In this document: piece by piece, positions 20,585 to 32,004 of the stretch
How the letters are laid out: every line of letters starts with the position of its first letter
Numbering within the stretch: position 1 is the stretch's first letter
From: an uncultured Gemmatimonadales bacterium
GTDB taxonomy: Bacteria > Gemmatimonadota > Gemmatimonadetes > Gemmatimonadales > GWC2-71-9
Reading direction: 5' to 3'
Assembly: GCA_963739455.1 (NCBI GenBank)
Contig: CAVUAK010000001.1
Span: 1,472,001 to 1,536,000 of the forward strand
Length of the DNA: 64,000 bases
Program-made: the position numbers and the translations under genes
Notes under the pieces: model-generated
Database searches by the model: none
Told to the model about the DNA's origin: nothing
What the model saw: the letters and a program-made list of their open reading frames with translations, nothing else

Positions 20585-21063
20585 TGAGCGAGACCGAGCG
20601 CATTGCCCAGCAACTGGAGCGGACCTGGGATGGCGACGCCTGGCACGGCCCGTCGCTCAAGGAACTCACCGACGGCCTGACGGCGAAACAGGCCGCGGCG
20701 CATCACCTAAGCGAGGCGCACTCCATCTGGGAACTCGTGCTGCATTGCCGCGGATGGATGCGTGAGGTCGAGCGCCGGCTCGACGGGAGTGATCCCGCCG
20801 AACCAGAGGGAGGCGACTGGCCTGCGGTGGGGAAGGTGGTCGACGAGCGATGGGCCGCTGCGCGCGCCGATCTCGGCGTTGCGGCCGCCGACCTGGCCAG
20901 CAAGATCCGCCGTTTCGACGAGTCGCGACTCGGTGACCGGGTTGGCCAGCAGCGCGACGCCGCACTCGGTACCGGTAGCACCTATTACGTCATGCTACAC
21001 GGGGCCGTCCAGCACAACCTCTATCATGCTGGACAGGTCGCGCTGCTGCGGAAGCTTGCCTAG
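20584..21063 (+). CDS. DinB family protein
   Basis: GDAWHGPSL, HSIWELVLH, LHGAVQHNLYHAGQVALLRK. Confidence 0.88.
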   Translation: MSETERIAQQLERTWDGDAWHGPSLKELTDGLTAKQAAAHHLSEAHSIWELVLHCRGWMREVERRLDGSDPAEPEGGDWPAVGKVVDERWAAARADLGVAAADLASKIRRFDESRLGDRVGQQRDAALGTGSTYYVMLHGAVQHNLYHAGQVALLRKLA

Positions 21064-21188
21064 AAACTCGTGATCAGGATCCAGGCGACCATGGCGATCA
21101 GTGCCATGATGCCCCAGCGCAACGCGACATGCTGCTTGCGGAACCGCTCCATCAGCCGCGCGCCCGCCGGCTTTTCACCGTTCGTCAT
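21060..21188 (-). CDS. Small single-TM protein, 42 aa (below the ORF-track cutoff)
   Basis: GGGAG upstream. MTNGEKPAGARLMERFRKQHVALRWGIMALIAMVAWILITSF*. Confidence 0.6.
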   Translation of the reverse strand: MTNGEKPAGARLMERFRKQHVALRWGIMALIAMVAWILITSF

Positions 21189-21200
21189 GAGTACTCCCGT

Positions 21201-22064
21201 TCAGTTGGTCCTGGTCCCTGTTCCCTGTTTCCCCTTCACGTCTTCACGTCTTAGGTACTCCCCTGGCTCCACCACCGCCGCCGGCTTCAGCTTCGCATAC
21301 ACGATCGCACCCGCCACCATCACGCCGATGCTCGTGACCTGCGCGATCGTAAGCGGTCCCACGAACCGGTCATCCTTGGCACGCAGGATCTCCACCAGGA
21401 AACGCTCGACGCCGGCGAACATCAGGTAGGCCCCGAAGATCCACCCCGTGCCGCCCGGCGCGTTCCGCCTCGACCAGAGCCACGCAAACACCGCGAGCAT
21501 GATGAGCGTCTCGTAGATCTGTGTCGGATGCACCGCGAGCACCGTGTTCGGGTCGAGTCCGGCCGGCACCCGCACACCGAACGATTGCAGGTTCGCGACG
21601 GTCGAGGGCGGCAGCCCGTCCGGAAACTTGACCGCCCACGGCAATGTGCTCGGCCCGCCGTAGTCGTCGCCGATGAGGAAGCATCCCACCCGTCCAACGG
21701 CGTACGATGCCGCGAGCGCCGGACCGACGAGCAGCATCGTCCATTGCACCGGAACCTTGTGCCGCATCCCCGCAATCAGCACCGCGATCACGCCGCCCAG
21801 GAACCCGCCATACCACACCAGCCCCCCGCGGCTGAACAGCGCCCCCGGGTCCCGCGTGAGCGCCACATACCAGAGCTTTGCGCCGAGAATGCCGCCGATC
21901 ACGCCCGCCACGATGATGTCGCCCGAGTAGGCCTCGTTGAGCCCGCGCTGCTGCAGCTCGACCCGCATGATCCACCCAGCCACCAGGAACGCGAACATCA
22001 TCATCAGGCCGAAGCCGGTGATGGTGAAGCTGCCGATATGAATCGTGAACGGGTAGACGTTCAT
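21201..22064 (-). CDS. lgt: Prolipoprotein diacylglyceryl transferase
   Basis: GGLVWYGG, GRVGCFLIGDDYG, HPTQIYE, ERFLVEILR. Confidence 0.92.
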   Translation of the reverse strand: MNVYPFTIHIGSFTITGFGLMMMFAFLVAGWIMRVELQQRGLNEAYSGDIIVAGVIGGILGAKLWYVALTRDPGALFSRGGLVWYGGFLGGVIAVLIAGMRHKVPVQWTMLLVGPALAASYAVGRVGCFLIGDDYGGPSTLPWAVKFPDGLPPSTVANLQSFGVRVPAGLDPNTVLAVHPTQIYETLIMLAVFAWLWSRRNAPGGTGWIFGAYLMFAGVERFLVEILRAKDDRFVGPLTIAQVTSIGVMVAGAIVYAKLKPAAVVEPGEYLRREDVKGKQGTGTRTN

Positions 22065-23113
22065 GCCGTGACTTCCGCTGGGGTGGTGCTGATGAGGCCG
22101 GGGAGGGGCAGGGTATCGCGCGGTTCGAGATCCCACCCGCTGCGCTCGCCCCGATGAAGGCGCCACGCCCCCGCGGCGGCGATCATCGCGGCGTTGTCGG
22201 TATTCAGCCTGGGAGACGCCACCGCGACCCGCGCCGGCGCCACCCGCGTGCGCATCCGCTCGGCGAGTGCCCTGTTGCATGCCACGCCGCCACCGATCAC
22301 CACGGTGTCGTAGCCGAGCGCGTCTACCGCGTGCGCCGTTTTCTCCACCAGTACGTCGATCGCCGCATCCTGGAATGCAAGCGCAAGGTCAGCGCGATCA
22401 GCGTCGATGTCGGTGCTCTGCTGCACCGCTCGAAGTACCGCCGTCTTGAGGCCGCTGAAGGAGAAGGCGTACTGCTGCGCCCCCGGACGGTCCATCTCCT
22501 TCAGCATCGGGCGGGGGAACTTGAATCGCCCCGGCCGCCCCTCGCGCGCCAGGCGCTCGATGTGCGGTCCGCCGGGATACCCGAGACCCAGCAGCTTCGC
22601 CACCTTGTCGAACGCCTCACCGGCGGCATCGTCGATCGTCTGGCCCAGCAGGCGATACTGCCCCCACGCCGGCACGTCCAGCAGCATCGTGTGACCGCCA
22701 CTCACCAGCAGCGCCACGAATGGTGGCGACACCGTGGGATCCTCGAGCGTCGCCGCGAACAAGTGACCCTCGAGATGGTGCACCCCGATCAGCGGCAGCT
22801 CCCGGCGCCACGCGAGCGTCTTCCCGTACATCACGCCCACGAGCAGCGCCCCCACCAGGCCCGGTGCGGCGGTAACTGCGATCCCGTCGACATCACTCAA
22901 CGCCACGCCCGCGTCAGCCAGTGCGCGATTCACCACCGGCGCGATCGCCTGCACATGCGCCCGGCTCGCCAGTTCGGGCACCACACCGCCGAAGATCGCA
23001 TGCACATCCTGCGACAGGATGACGAGGCTGTCGAGCGTGGAAACGCCCCCCTCCGCCGTGACGACGGCAGCGGAGGTTTCATCGCACGATGTCTCGATGC
23101 CGAGGATTCTCAC
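22061..23113 (-). CDS. tsaD: tRNA threonylcarbamoyltransferase
   Basis: ILGIETSCDETS, HHLEGH, LVSGGHT, DDAAGEAFDKVA, TDNAAMIA. Confidence 0.97.
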   Translation of the reverse strand: MRILGIETSCDETSAAVVTAEGGVSTLDSLVILSQDVHAIFGGVVPELASRAHVQAIAPVVNRALADAGVALSDVDGIAVTAAPGLVGALLVGVMYGKTLAWRRELPLIGVHHLEGHLFAATLEDPTVSPPFVALLVSGGHTMLLDVPAWGQYRLLGQTIDDAAGEAFDKVAKLLGLGYPGGPHIERLAREGRPGRFKFPRPMLKEMDRPGAQQYAFSFSGLKTAVLRAVQQSTDIDADRADLALAFQDAAIDVLVEKTAHAVDALGYDTVVIGGGVACNRALAERMRTRVAPARVAVASPRLNTDNAAMIAAAGAWRLHRGERSGWDLEPRDTLPLPGLISTTPAEVTA

Positions 23114-23646
23114 TTGCCCCCGGCGAGATACCTGTCGACGAGTTTCCGGTTCGCCACCGACGCCCAGTCATGCGCGCCGATCACCCGCTTCACGATCGTC
23201 CCGTCGCGGTCGAGCAGGAAACTCTCGGGCACGCCGGTGGTCTGGTAGAGCTGCTGGATGGCGCCGCTCCGGTCCTGCAGGATGTCGAACGTGATCCCCA
23301 GGCGCTGGGCGAACTCCTTCACCGCGGTGCCGTCACCATTGTCGATGCTCACCGCCAGGATCTTGAAGCCGCGCGGTGCCAGGTCGGCATACATGCGCTG
23401 CATCGCCGGCATCTCTTCCTTGCACGGCTCGCACCACGTCGCCCAGATGTTGACCAGTGCCACCTCGCCCTTGGCAAGCGTGCGCAGCGACACCGAGTCG
23501 CCGCTGGCCACGTCCACCATGCGGAAATCCGGCGCCTTCTTGCCGATCTCCACGCCGGTGTTCTCCGGCCCGAAGCGCACCATGGCATAGGCGCCTCCCA
23601 CCAGCGCGGCAATGACGCCGATTACCACCATCCACTGCTTGCTCAT
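23110..23646 (-). CDS. TlpA/ResA-like thiol-disulfide oxidoreductase
   Basis: N-terminal TM, NIWATWCEPC, GVPESFLLDRDG. Confidence 0.92.
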   Translation of the reverse strand: MSKQWMVVIGVIAALVGGAYAMVRFGPENTGVEIGKKAPDFRMVDVASGDSVSLRTLAKGEVALVNIWATWCEPCKEEMPAMQRMYADLAPRGFKILAVSIDNGDGTAVKEFAQRLGITFDILQDRSGAIQQLYQTTGVPESFLLDRDGTIVKRVIGAHDWASVANRKLVDRYLAGGK

Positions 23647-23671
23647 CAGCTCCCGTTCCCTGTTCCCTGTT

Positions 23672-24337
23672 TCACGCAGTTACAGTGCATCGCGCCTTCA
23701 GCGCCCGCACCGCCGCCGCCGGGTCCGGCTTCCCGAACACCGCCGTGCCCGCGACGAACGTGTCCGCACCCGCTTCCCACGCCGTGCGGATCGTCTCCGT
23801 CGTGATGCCGCCATCCACTTCCAGCGCCGCACTCGATCGCCGAAGGTCGAGCAGCTGCCGCACGCGCCGGATCTTTCCCGTGGAGGCCGGAATATAGGCC
23901 TGCCCCCCGAACCCCGGATTCACGCTCATCACCAGCACCAGGTCCACGTCGTCCACCACTTCCTCGAGATACGACAGCGGTGTCCCCGGGTTGAGCGAGA
24001 GCCCAGCCAGCATTCCCCGCTCACGGATGCTCGCGAGGTGTCGCTGCACATGATGAGTCGCTTCAGGATGGAAGGTGAACACCGACACGCCCAGGTCGGC
24101 ATACTCGCTGATGTAGCGCTCCGGCCGCTCCACCATGAGATGCACGTCGATCGGTCGCTCGCTGATCTTTCGCAGCGCCGCGATGAGCGGTGCCCCGAAC
24201 GTCAGGTTGGGCACGAACTGCCCGTCCATCACGTCTACATGCAGCCACTCGGCGCCACCTTCTTCCGCCTGTCGCACCTGCTCGGCGAGACGGCCGAGGT
24301 CGGTGGACAGGATGCTGGGAGCGATGCGCACGCTCAT
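23672..24337 (-). CDS. rpe: Ribulose-phosphate 3-epimerase
   Basis: IAPSILS, HVDVMDGQFVPN, MSVNPGFGGQ, EVDGG. Confidence 0.97.
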   Translation of the reverse strand: MSVRIAPSILSTDLGRLAEQVRQAEEGGAEWLHVDVMDGQFVPNLTFGAPLIAALRKISERPIDVHLMVERPERYISEYADLGVSVFTFHPEATHHVQRHLASIRERGMLAGLSLNPGTPLSYLEEVVDDVDLVLVMSVNPGFGGQAYIPASTGKIRRVRQLLDLRRSSAALEVDGGITTETIRTAWEAGADTFVAGTAVFGKPDPAAAVRALKARCTVTA

Positions 24338-25017
24338 CGATGAGTCTCCTGGCTGGCGGAAGGCAGGGCAGGCCTGCCGGAGCTGATCACGAGCTGGATG
24401 CTGGTGCCCGCCGGCTGCACCGAGCCGATCGCCGGTCGCACCTCGACCACGATCCCGGCGGGACCGGCCGACCGCACTGTGTCCACCTTGCTCATGCGGA
24501 ATCCGCTCGCCTCGATCACCTTCGCCGCGAGCTCGAGCGGCAACCGCGACACATCCGGCACGGCGTATGGCGCGATCCCGTCGCTCATCGTCAGCGTCAC
24601 CGGCGTTCCTTCCGGGAGTACCGTCCCTGCAGCAGGCTCCTGCCAGATCACGATCCCCGCTTCGTACGTCGGGTGCTGCCGCGACTCCGCGCGCTTCGTC
24701 TTGAAGCCCGCCTGGCCCAGGAGCCCCTCCGCCTTGTCACCCGGCATCCCCACCACGTCGGGCGTCGAGTGATCCGACGCGAGCAGCGGTCCGGGCGACA
24801 GCATGATGAACGCGATCGTGAACCCTACCACGAACAACAGCAGCAGCAGCCCGAGATCGCGCATGATCCGCCGACCCGAACCCCGCCGCGCGGGCACCAC
24901 TGCCTCCGTCTCCACCTCCGGCACCGCCTGCGGCGCCGCCTCAGGCACGGCCGCAGGCACAGCCTCGGCCTCGACCGGCGTCACCGACAACTCACGATTG
25001 CGGCGGCCGAACTTCAC
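24334..25017 (-). CDS. Membrane-anchored PASTA-domain protein (2 PASTA)
   Basis: TM helix followed by PDVVGM...GIVIWQEPAAG and VPDVSRL...GIVVEVRP. Confidence 0.85.
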   Translation of the reverse strand: MKFGRRNRELSVTPVEAEAVPAAVPEAAPQAVPEVETEAVVPARRGSGRRIMRDLGLLLLLFVVGFTIAFIMLSPGPLLASDHSTPDVVGMPGDKAEGLLGQAGFKTKRAESRQHPTYEAGIVIWQEPAAGTVLPEGTPVTLTMSDGIAPYAVPDVSRLPLELAAKVIEASGFRMSKVDTVRSAGPAGIVVEVRPAIGSVQPAGTSIQLVISSGRPALPSASQETHR

Positions 25018-26309
25018 GCCCGCCTCCGGAGCCGAGCCGCATACGCGCCATCGGTGCCGTGACGGAACGGCAACAATTGCAAATCGCCTCGCGCAGTACG
25101 CAACTCAGCAGGCACGGCGTCTCCAGGATCGCGCTCGAAACGGGGGTCGCGCGCCAGCAGCGCCTCGACCTGGTGCTCGTTCTCCTCCGGTTCCAGCGAA
25201 CACGTCGCATAAACTAACCAGCCGCCCGGTCGCACGACTTGGGCGCACGCCTGCAGCAGTTCCCCCTGGCGCCGGGCCAGGCGCGACAGCGCTTCGGCGC
25301 TCACCTTCCACCTGGCATCAGGGTGTCGCGCGAACGTGCCGGTGCCGAGGCATGGAGCATCGAGCAGCACGACATCGGCGGAGGCCACGGGAGGATGCAG
25401 CGCATCGGCCACCACCGCGCGCTCCCGTCCGCTGCCCGCCCGGGCCAGGTTCTCCGCCAGGCGCCGTACCCTGTCCAGCTTGAGGTCGGCACTCACCACC
25501 ATCGCAACTGATCGCCCCAGCGCGATCGACTTTCCTCCCGGTGCCGCGCACGCATCGTACACCCGCATCCCCGGCTCCACGCCGGCGAACGCCGCGACCA
25601 TGGCATGCGCCGGGTCCTGCACGATGAACGCTCCTTCAGCGAACCCCGGCACCTCCGCCGGCTTGCGCGCGGGGCTCATCCAGCCGGAAATCGCCGCGCG
25701 CTCCGGCTCCACTCCAGCCGCGCGCCAGCGCGCCTCGAGAGCCGCGTCGTCCTCCCGCGCAGCCTGCAGCACCAGCGAGGGCGGCATGTTGTTCCACTCC
25801 ATCAGCGTGACGGTGTCGTCCTGCCCATAGCGCTCGAGCCAGCGCGCCACGAGCCAGTCAGGATGGGAGTAGAGGGCGGCGAAGTGCGCAGCGGGATCGA
25901 TGGCGAGCGACGGCGCCGCGGCGCGCCCCCCGAGGTTGCGGAGGAGTGCATTCACGAAGCCGGCGGCCTTGCTGCCGCCCACCGAGCGCGCCAGGTCGAC
26001 GGCGGTGGAGACGGCGGCATGGGTGGGCACCCGGTCGAGCGCCACCAGCTGGTAGGCGCCCAGCCGCAGCACCTCCCGTAGTGACGGCTCGACGTTGCCC
26101 CACCCGTGACGCACCAGCGGAATGAGCCGCGCATCGAGGTCGCTCTGGCGACGGAGCACGCCAGCCGCGAGTTCATGCGCAAGACGCTTGTCGGCATCGG
26201 GCAGGGAAGTGAGCGCGCGCGCGAGGGCAGCATCGAATGGCTCGCCCTGTCGCACCGCGAGCAGCACCTCCATCGCCGCGCGGCGCGCCGGGAGCCCGAT
26301 TTCCTTCAT
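25014..26309 (-). CDS. rsmB: 16S rRNA m5C967 methyltransferase
   Basis: NusB-like N-terminus, YSHPDWL, VQDPA, DACAAPGGKS, LDAPCLGTG, YATCSLEPEEN. Confidence 0.92.
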   Translation of the reverse strand: MKEIGLPARRAAMEVLLAVRQGEPFDAALARALTSLPDADKRLAHELAAGVLRRQSDLDARLIPLVRHGWGNVEPSLREVLRLGAYQLVALDRVPTHAAVSTAVDLARSVGGSKAAGFVNALLRNLGGRAAAPSLAIDPAAHFAALYSHPDWLVARWLERYGQDDTVTLMEWNNMPPSLVLQAAREDDAALEARWRAAGVEPERAAISGWMSPARKPAEVPGFAEGAFIVQDPAHAMVAAFAGVEPGMRVYDACAAPGGKSIALGRSVAMVVSADLKLDRVRRLAENLARAGSGRERAVVADALHPPVASADVVLLDAPCLGTGTFARHPDARWKVSAEALSRLARRQGELLQACAQVVRPGGWLVYATCSLEPEENEHQVEALLARDPRFERDPGDAVPAELRTARGDLQLLPFRHGTDGAYAARLRRRA

Positions 26310-27121
26310 CTCTTCAGCATTCCATGCTCGGGCGACGACGGAATGGCCACCTCGCGCCTCGGCATCCGTCCCGCGAGATACGCCGCGCGACCAGCCTCGA
26401 CGGCACCACGCATCGCATGCGCCATCAGCACCGCGTCCCGTGCCTCGGCGAGCGCCGTGTTCATCAGGATCCCGTCCACACCCTGTTCCATCGTCAGGCA
26501 CGCATCGGATGCCGTACCCACGCCGGCGTCCACGATCACCGGAACGGTGAGCCGCCGCTTGATGGTGCGGATGCTGTACGGATTCAGTAGCCCAAGTCCG
26601 CTGCCGATCGGCGACGCGAGCGGCATCACCGCCGCGGCCCCAGCCTCCTCCAGCCGCAGCGCCGTGATCAGGTCGTCGTTGGTGTAGGCCAGGACCTTGA
26701 AGCCCTCCTTCACCAGCACTCGCGTCGCCTCCAGCAGCCCTTCCGCATCGGGCAGCAGCGTCTCCTTGTCGCCGATTACCTCCAGCTTCACGAAGTCGTT
26801 GAACCCCGCCTCACGCCCCAGGCGCGCATAGCGGATCGCCTCGTCGGCGCTGTAGCATCCCGCCGTGTTGGCGAGCAGGAAATACCGCTTGGGAGACAGG
26901 TGATAGAGCACCCCCTCCTCCTTCGTGCGATCGAGGTCGACTCGGCGCACCGCCACGGTGACGACGTCGGCGCCCGACGCATCGATCGCAGCCACCATCT
27001 CGGCGTTCGAGCGGTACTTGCCTGTCCCCACCATCAACCGCGAGCGGAAGTGCTGCCCGCCGATGATGAGCGGCGTGTCGAACTGCGGAATCGTCTCGAG
27101 TCCTGCATCGGTCATTGTCAT
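26306..27121 (-). CDS. thiG: Thiazole synthase
   Basis: SRLMVGTGKY, NTAGC, VKLEVIGD, MPLASPIGSGLG, VDAGVGTASDA. Confidence 0.97.
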   Translation of the reverse strand: MTMTDAGLETIPQFDTPLIIGGQHFRSRLMVGTGKYRSNAEMVAAIDASGADVVTVAVRRVDLDRTKEEGVLYHLSPKRYFLLANTAGCYSADEAIRYARLGREAGFNDFVKLEVIGDKETLLPDAEGLLEATRVLVKEGFKVLAYTNDDLITALRLEEAGAAAVMPLASPIGSGLGLLNPYSIRTIKRRLTVPVIVDAGVGTASDACLTMEQGVDGILMNTALAEARDAVLMAHAMRGAVEAGRAAYLAGRMPRREVAIPSSPEHGMLKR

Positions 27122-27636
27122 GTCCGGTTCCCCGTTGCACCCAGAGCGCCGTCGTAGCGCATTTCGTTGGTGGCACTGAAGCCGAGCCGCTCATAGAGCG
27201 GTCGTCCCGCCGTCGATGCATGCAGCACCAGCGTATGCATGCCGGCATCTCCGGCCCACTGAATGACTCGCTGCATGAGCAGTTCGGCGACGCCGCGACC
27301 GCGCCACGCCGGCTCGGTGTACACGTTGAGCACGATCGCCTGCTTGCCGTGCGGCGTGCCGTCGGGCTCGCGCGGGTGCGGCAGTGTCCGGCGAACCTGC
27401 ACCCCGGCGCCGGATACTATCGAGCCTGGCGCGCCAACAGGTGACGCGAGCCACCCGAGGTACTCTCCCGACGTCAGCGCCACCTCAAGGTAGCGCGTCG
27501 ACCGCGCCTCGAGATCGCCGACCCGTGACGCTTCCAGGTCGTGCATCTCGAGGAACATTGCCGCGCGGTGTCGTGCAATCAGCGCCGCATCATCCGCGGT
27601 GGCCTGGCGCACGAGGAACTCGCCCGGCGCGCTCAT
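27118..27636 (-). CDS. GNAT family N-acetyltransferase
   Basis: NVYTEPAWRGRGVA, LHASTAGRPLYERLGF. Confidence 0.9.
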   Translation of the reverse strand: MSAPGEFLVRQATADDAALIARHRAAMFLEMHDLEASRVGDLEARSTRYLEVALTSGEYLGWLASPVGAPGSIVSGAGVQVRRTLPHPREPDGTPHGKQAIVLNVYTEPAWRGRGVAELLMQRVIQWAGDAGMHTLVLHASTAGRPLYERLGFSATNEMRYDGALGATGNRT

Positions 27637-27842
27637 CCGCCACCTACGAAGTGCACGATCTCGATGTTGTCGCCGCTGGAGACGGGAACCCCGGCCAGCG
27701 CCGCGCGACGCACGATCGTCCGGTTGTGCTCCACTACGACCGTTTCCGGCGCAAGACCGAGATGCGCCAGCAGCCCAGGCAGGTCGAGACCCGCCGGCAC
27801 TCGTCGCGCATCGCCGTTGATGGTGACGTCGATGTCGCTCAT
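27633..27842 (-). CDS. thiS: Sulfur carrier protein
   Basis: INGD...VVVEHNRTIV...GDNIEIVHFVGGG C-terminus. Confidence 0.95.
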   Translation of the reverse strand: MSDIDVTINGDARRVPAGLDLPGLLAHLGLAPETVVVEHNRTIVRRAALAGVPVSSGDNIEIVHFVGGG

Positions 27843-28456
27843 CGTGCTTCCCACGGCTCCAGCATCTGCGTTACCGCATGCGCCGGGTCACTCGCGCCCC
27901 AGATCGCCCTGATCGCGGCGATGCCATAAGCACCCGCCGCCTGCAGCTCCGGCGCGCGCTCGATGGTGACGCCGCCGATCGCCAGCACCGGCGCCCCCGC
28001 GGCGGCAATGTCGGCAATGAACGCGGTGCCACGCGCTGTCTCACTTGCATGAGACGGCGTCGCGTACGTGGTTCCGGCGACCACATAGTCGGCACCATCA
28101 CCCGCCGCACTCCGTGCTTCGTCCACGCTATGCACCGAGCGCCCGATCCAACCCTGCGCATGCACCCTGCGAGCATCGGCGATCGTAAGGTCGCCGGAGC
28201 CGAGCTGCACGCCCTGTGCACTGATCGCGGCAGCCAGATCAGGCCGCGCATTGACGATCAGCGGCGTACCCGTCCCCGCCAGCGCATCGCGCAGCGCCAC
28301 CGCATGATCCGCCAGTACTCGGCCCGTCGCCGTACGGTCCCGAAGGTGAATGGCGACGCGCGCACCCAGCGTCGCGAGGCGTTGGGCCGCGTCCAGGAAG
28401 CCCGGCAGCGCCAGCACCTGCGCATCGGTGACGGCATGCACCCGCGGCAGCGTCAC
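27839..28456 (-). CDS. thiE: Thiamine phosphate synthase (ThiE/TenI family)
   Basis: HLRDR, IVNARPDLA, IGRSVHS, ATPSH, PVLAIGGVT. Could be TenI-like. Confidence 0.75.
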   Translation of the reverse strand: MTLPRVHAVTDAQVLALPGFLDAAQRLATLGARVAIHLRDRTATGRVLADHAVALRDALAGTGTPLIVNARPDLAAAISAQGVQLGSGDLTIADARRVHAQGWIGRSVHSVDEARSAAGDGADYVVAGTTYATPSHASETARGTAFIADIAAAGAPVLAIGGVTIERAPELQAAGAYGIAAIRAIWGASDPAHAVTQMLEPWEAR

Positions 28457-29382
28457 GTGAATCGCGCTCCCACGGCGATGCCGCGCCCGCGCACCCATTC
28501 GGACACCGGCTGCCGCTTCTTGCCAGCCGGCTGCACCTCGCCCACCGTCAGGACCCCGTCGCCGGTGTCGATGTGTAGCTCGTCGTCCGCCCTCAGCACT
28601 GTTCCCGCCGTTCCCGCCCTCCCCGCCCTCCCCGCCCTCCCCGCCTTGAAAACCTTCACATCTCCACCCGCCACCGTCCCCCACGCCCCCGGCACCGGAT
28701 CAAACGCCGCCACATGATGCGCCAGCGTCTCGGCCGACTGGCTCCAGTCAATGCGCGCCACGCCACGGTCGATCTTGGGAGCCAGGGTGACGCCGGCTTC
28801 ATCCTGTGTCACCGGTCGAGCGCCGCTGCCCAGCAGGGGAAGCGCCTCGAGCAGCGTCTCTGCGCCAAGTACGCTGAGTCGACTGGTGAGTGTGCCTCCA
28901 GTCTCATGCGCGTCGATCGGCGTGCTGCGCGTGTGCCAGACTGGGCCGCTGTCGAGGCCCGCCTCCATCTGCATGATGGTGACGCCGGTGTCTCGGTCGC
29001 CGGTGCGTATGGCCCACTGGATGGGTGCCGCACCGCGCCAGCGGGGCAGCAGGGAGGCGTGGACGTTGATCATGCCGAGGCGGGGAAGGGCGAGGACCTG
29101 TGGACGGAGGATGTGGCCGTAGGCCACGACAACGCCCAGGTCTGCCGGGAACGCATTGAGCTGGTCGATGAATTGAGCGCCAACCGGCTTGTCGGGTTGC
29201 AGCACCGGAAGGCCGGCGGCGAGCGCCGCATCCTTCACCGGCGGCGCCACCACGACGCTCCGCGATCGGCCGTGTGGGCGGTCCGGCTGGGTCACCACTG
29301 CCACCACTTCGTGACCCGACCCGAGCAGCGCCTGCAGCGATGGCACCGCGAACTCTGGCGTCCCGAAGAAGATGATTCGCAT
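28453..29382 (-). CDS. fmt: Methionyl-tRNA formyltransferase
   Basis: IIFFGTPEFA, VVTQPDRP, NVHASLLPRWRGAAPIQ. Confidence 0.97.
   Translation of the reverse strand: MRIIFFGTPEFAVPSLQALLGSGHEVVAVVTQPDRPHGRSRSVVVAPPVKDAALAAGLPVLQPDKPVGAQFIDQLNAFPADLGVVVAYGHILRPQVLALPRLGMINVHASLLPRWRGAAPIQWAIRTGDRDTGVTIMQMEAGLDSGPVWHTRSTPIDAHETGGTLTSRLSVLGAETLLEALPLLGSGARPVTQDEAGVTLAPKIDRGVARIDWSQSAETLAHHVAAFDPVPGAWGTVAGGDVKVFKAGRAGRAGRAGTAGTVLRADDELHIDTGDGVLTVGEVQPAGKKRQPVSEWVRGRGIAVGARFT
28601..28647. repeat. 9-nt tandem repeat (CCCGCCCTC) inside fmt
   Basis: About 5 units, encoding [15 protein letters not shown]. Confidence 0.85.
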
Positions 29383-29387
29383 CGCGG

Positions 29388-29926
29388 CTACCCCCGCCGC
29401 GCTTCCTCCGGCTCCACGTCGCGCACTTCCTTCAGGTACCCCTTGCCCGCGTTCTCCTTGCGGAACCGCTTCAGCAGCATCGCGCGCCGCAGCGCGCCAA
29501 GGTGGTCCAAGAAGATGATCCCGTCGAGGTGATCGATCTCGTGCTGGATCGCGCGGGCCACCAGCCCGCTCGCGTCGAGCCGGAACGGCTGCCCATCGCG
29601 GTCCAGCGCCTCCAGTGTCACCTCCGCCGGCCGCGTGACGTCGCCGAATACATCCGGTATGGAAAGGCACCCCTCCTCCGCCGTGTCCCGACCCTGGCTC
29701 GACACGATCCGCGGATTCACCATCGCGAAGCGCTGTCCGTCGGCGTCGATCACCGCCACGCGCTTCGCCACGCCCACCTGGTTCGCCGCCAGTCCGACAC
29801 CCTTCGCCGCCGCCATGGTCTCGAACATGTCGTCGATGAACTTCCGGATCTCGTCATCCACGACCGCCACCTCGGCGCTGCGCTGCCGCAGCACCGGGGA
29901 GCCGAGCAGGTGCAGCGTCAGCAAGC

Positions 29927-29930
<4 letters not shown>
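29388..29930 (-). CDS. def: Peptide deformylase
   Basis: GVGLAANQVG, EGCLS, QHEIDHLDG. Confidence 0.97.
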
Positions 29931-31467
<1,537 letters not shown>

Positions 31468-31474
<7 letters not shown>

Positions 31475-32004
31475 ATCGAGCGCAGAATGCGCTCGACCTG
31501 CCGGCGATGGACAAGGTCATGTCCTGCCGCCAGCCGCAGGTACAAACCCGCACTCTCCGGCCCCCGCTCACTGTGATGCCCCACCCGCGCCAGCTGCGCC
31601 GGCGTGAACGCACTCCAGAGCCGCAGGTTCGCCTCCCGCATCGCAGTGAGCATCGCGAGTGTCGTCTTCAGGTCGGCATGGGCATACCCGAACGCAAGCG
31701 CCCATCCATCCTGGTCGTAACCGACGATCGCCGGCTCCCGTTCTGCCACGATCATTCGCGTCCGGTGCCCATGCACCAGCTCCGCGTCGTTGAGGTGCGC
31801 CACGACCTCCATCACCGACCACTTGTGCGGTGCTTCCGGCTTTCGGAGCCGCGCGTCGTCCAGGTTCTTGAGCTTGAGCCGGAGCCACTCCGGTAGCTCC
31901 GCCAGGACCTCGAGCGGATCCCGCTGCCCGATGAGTGCGATCACCGCCTCGCGATACGCATTCGCGTTGCCGACCGCCGCACCGGCCGGATTCGAGAATG
32001 TCAT
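31468..32004 (-). CDS. DinB family protein
   Basis: KWSVMEVVAHLNDAE, GYDQDGWA, HSERG, AGHDLVHRRQ. Confidence 0.88.
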
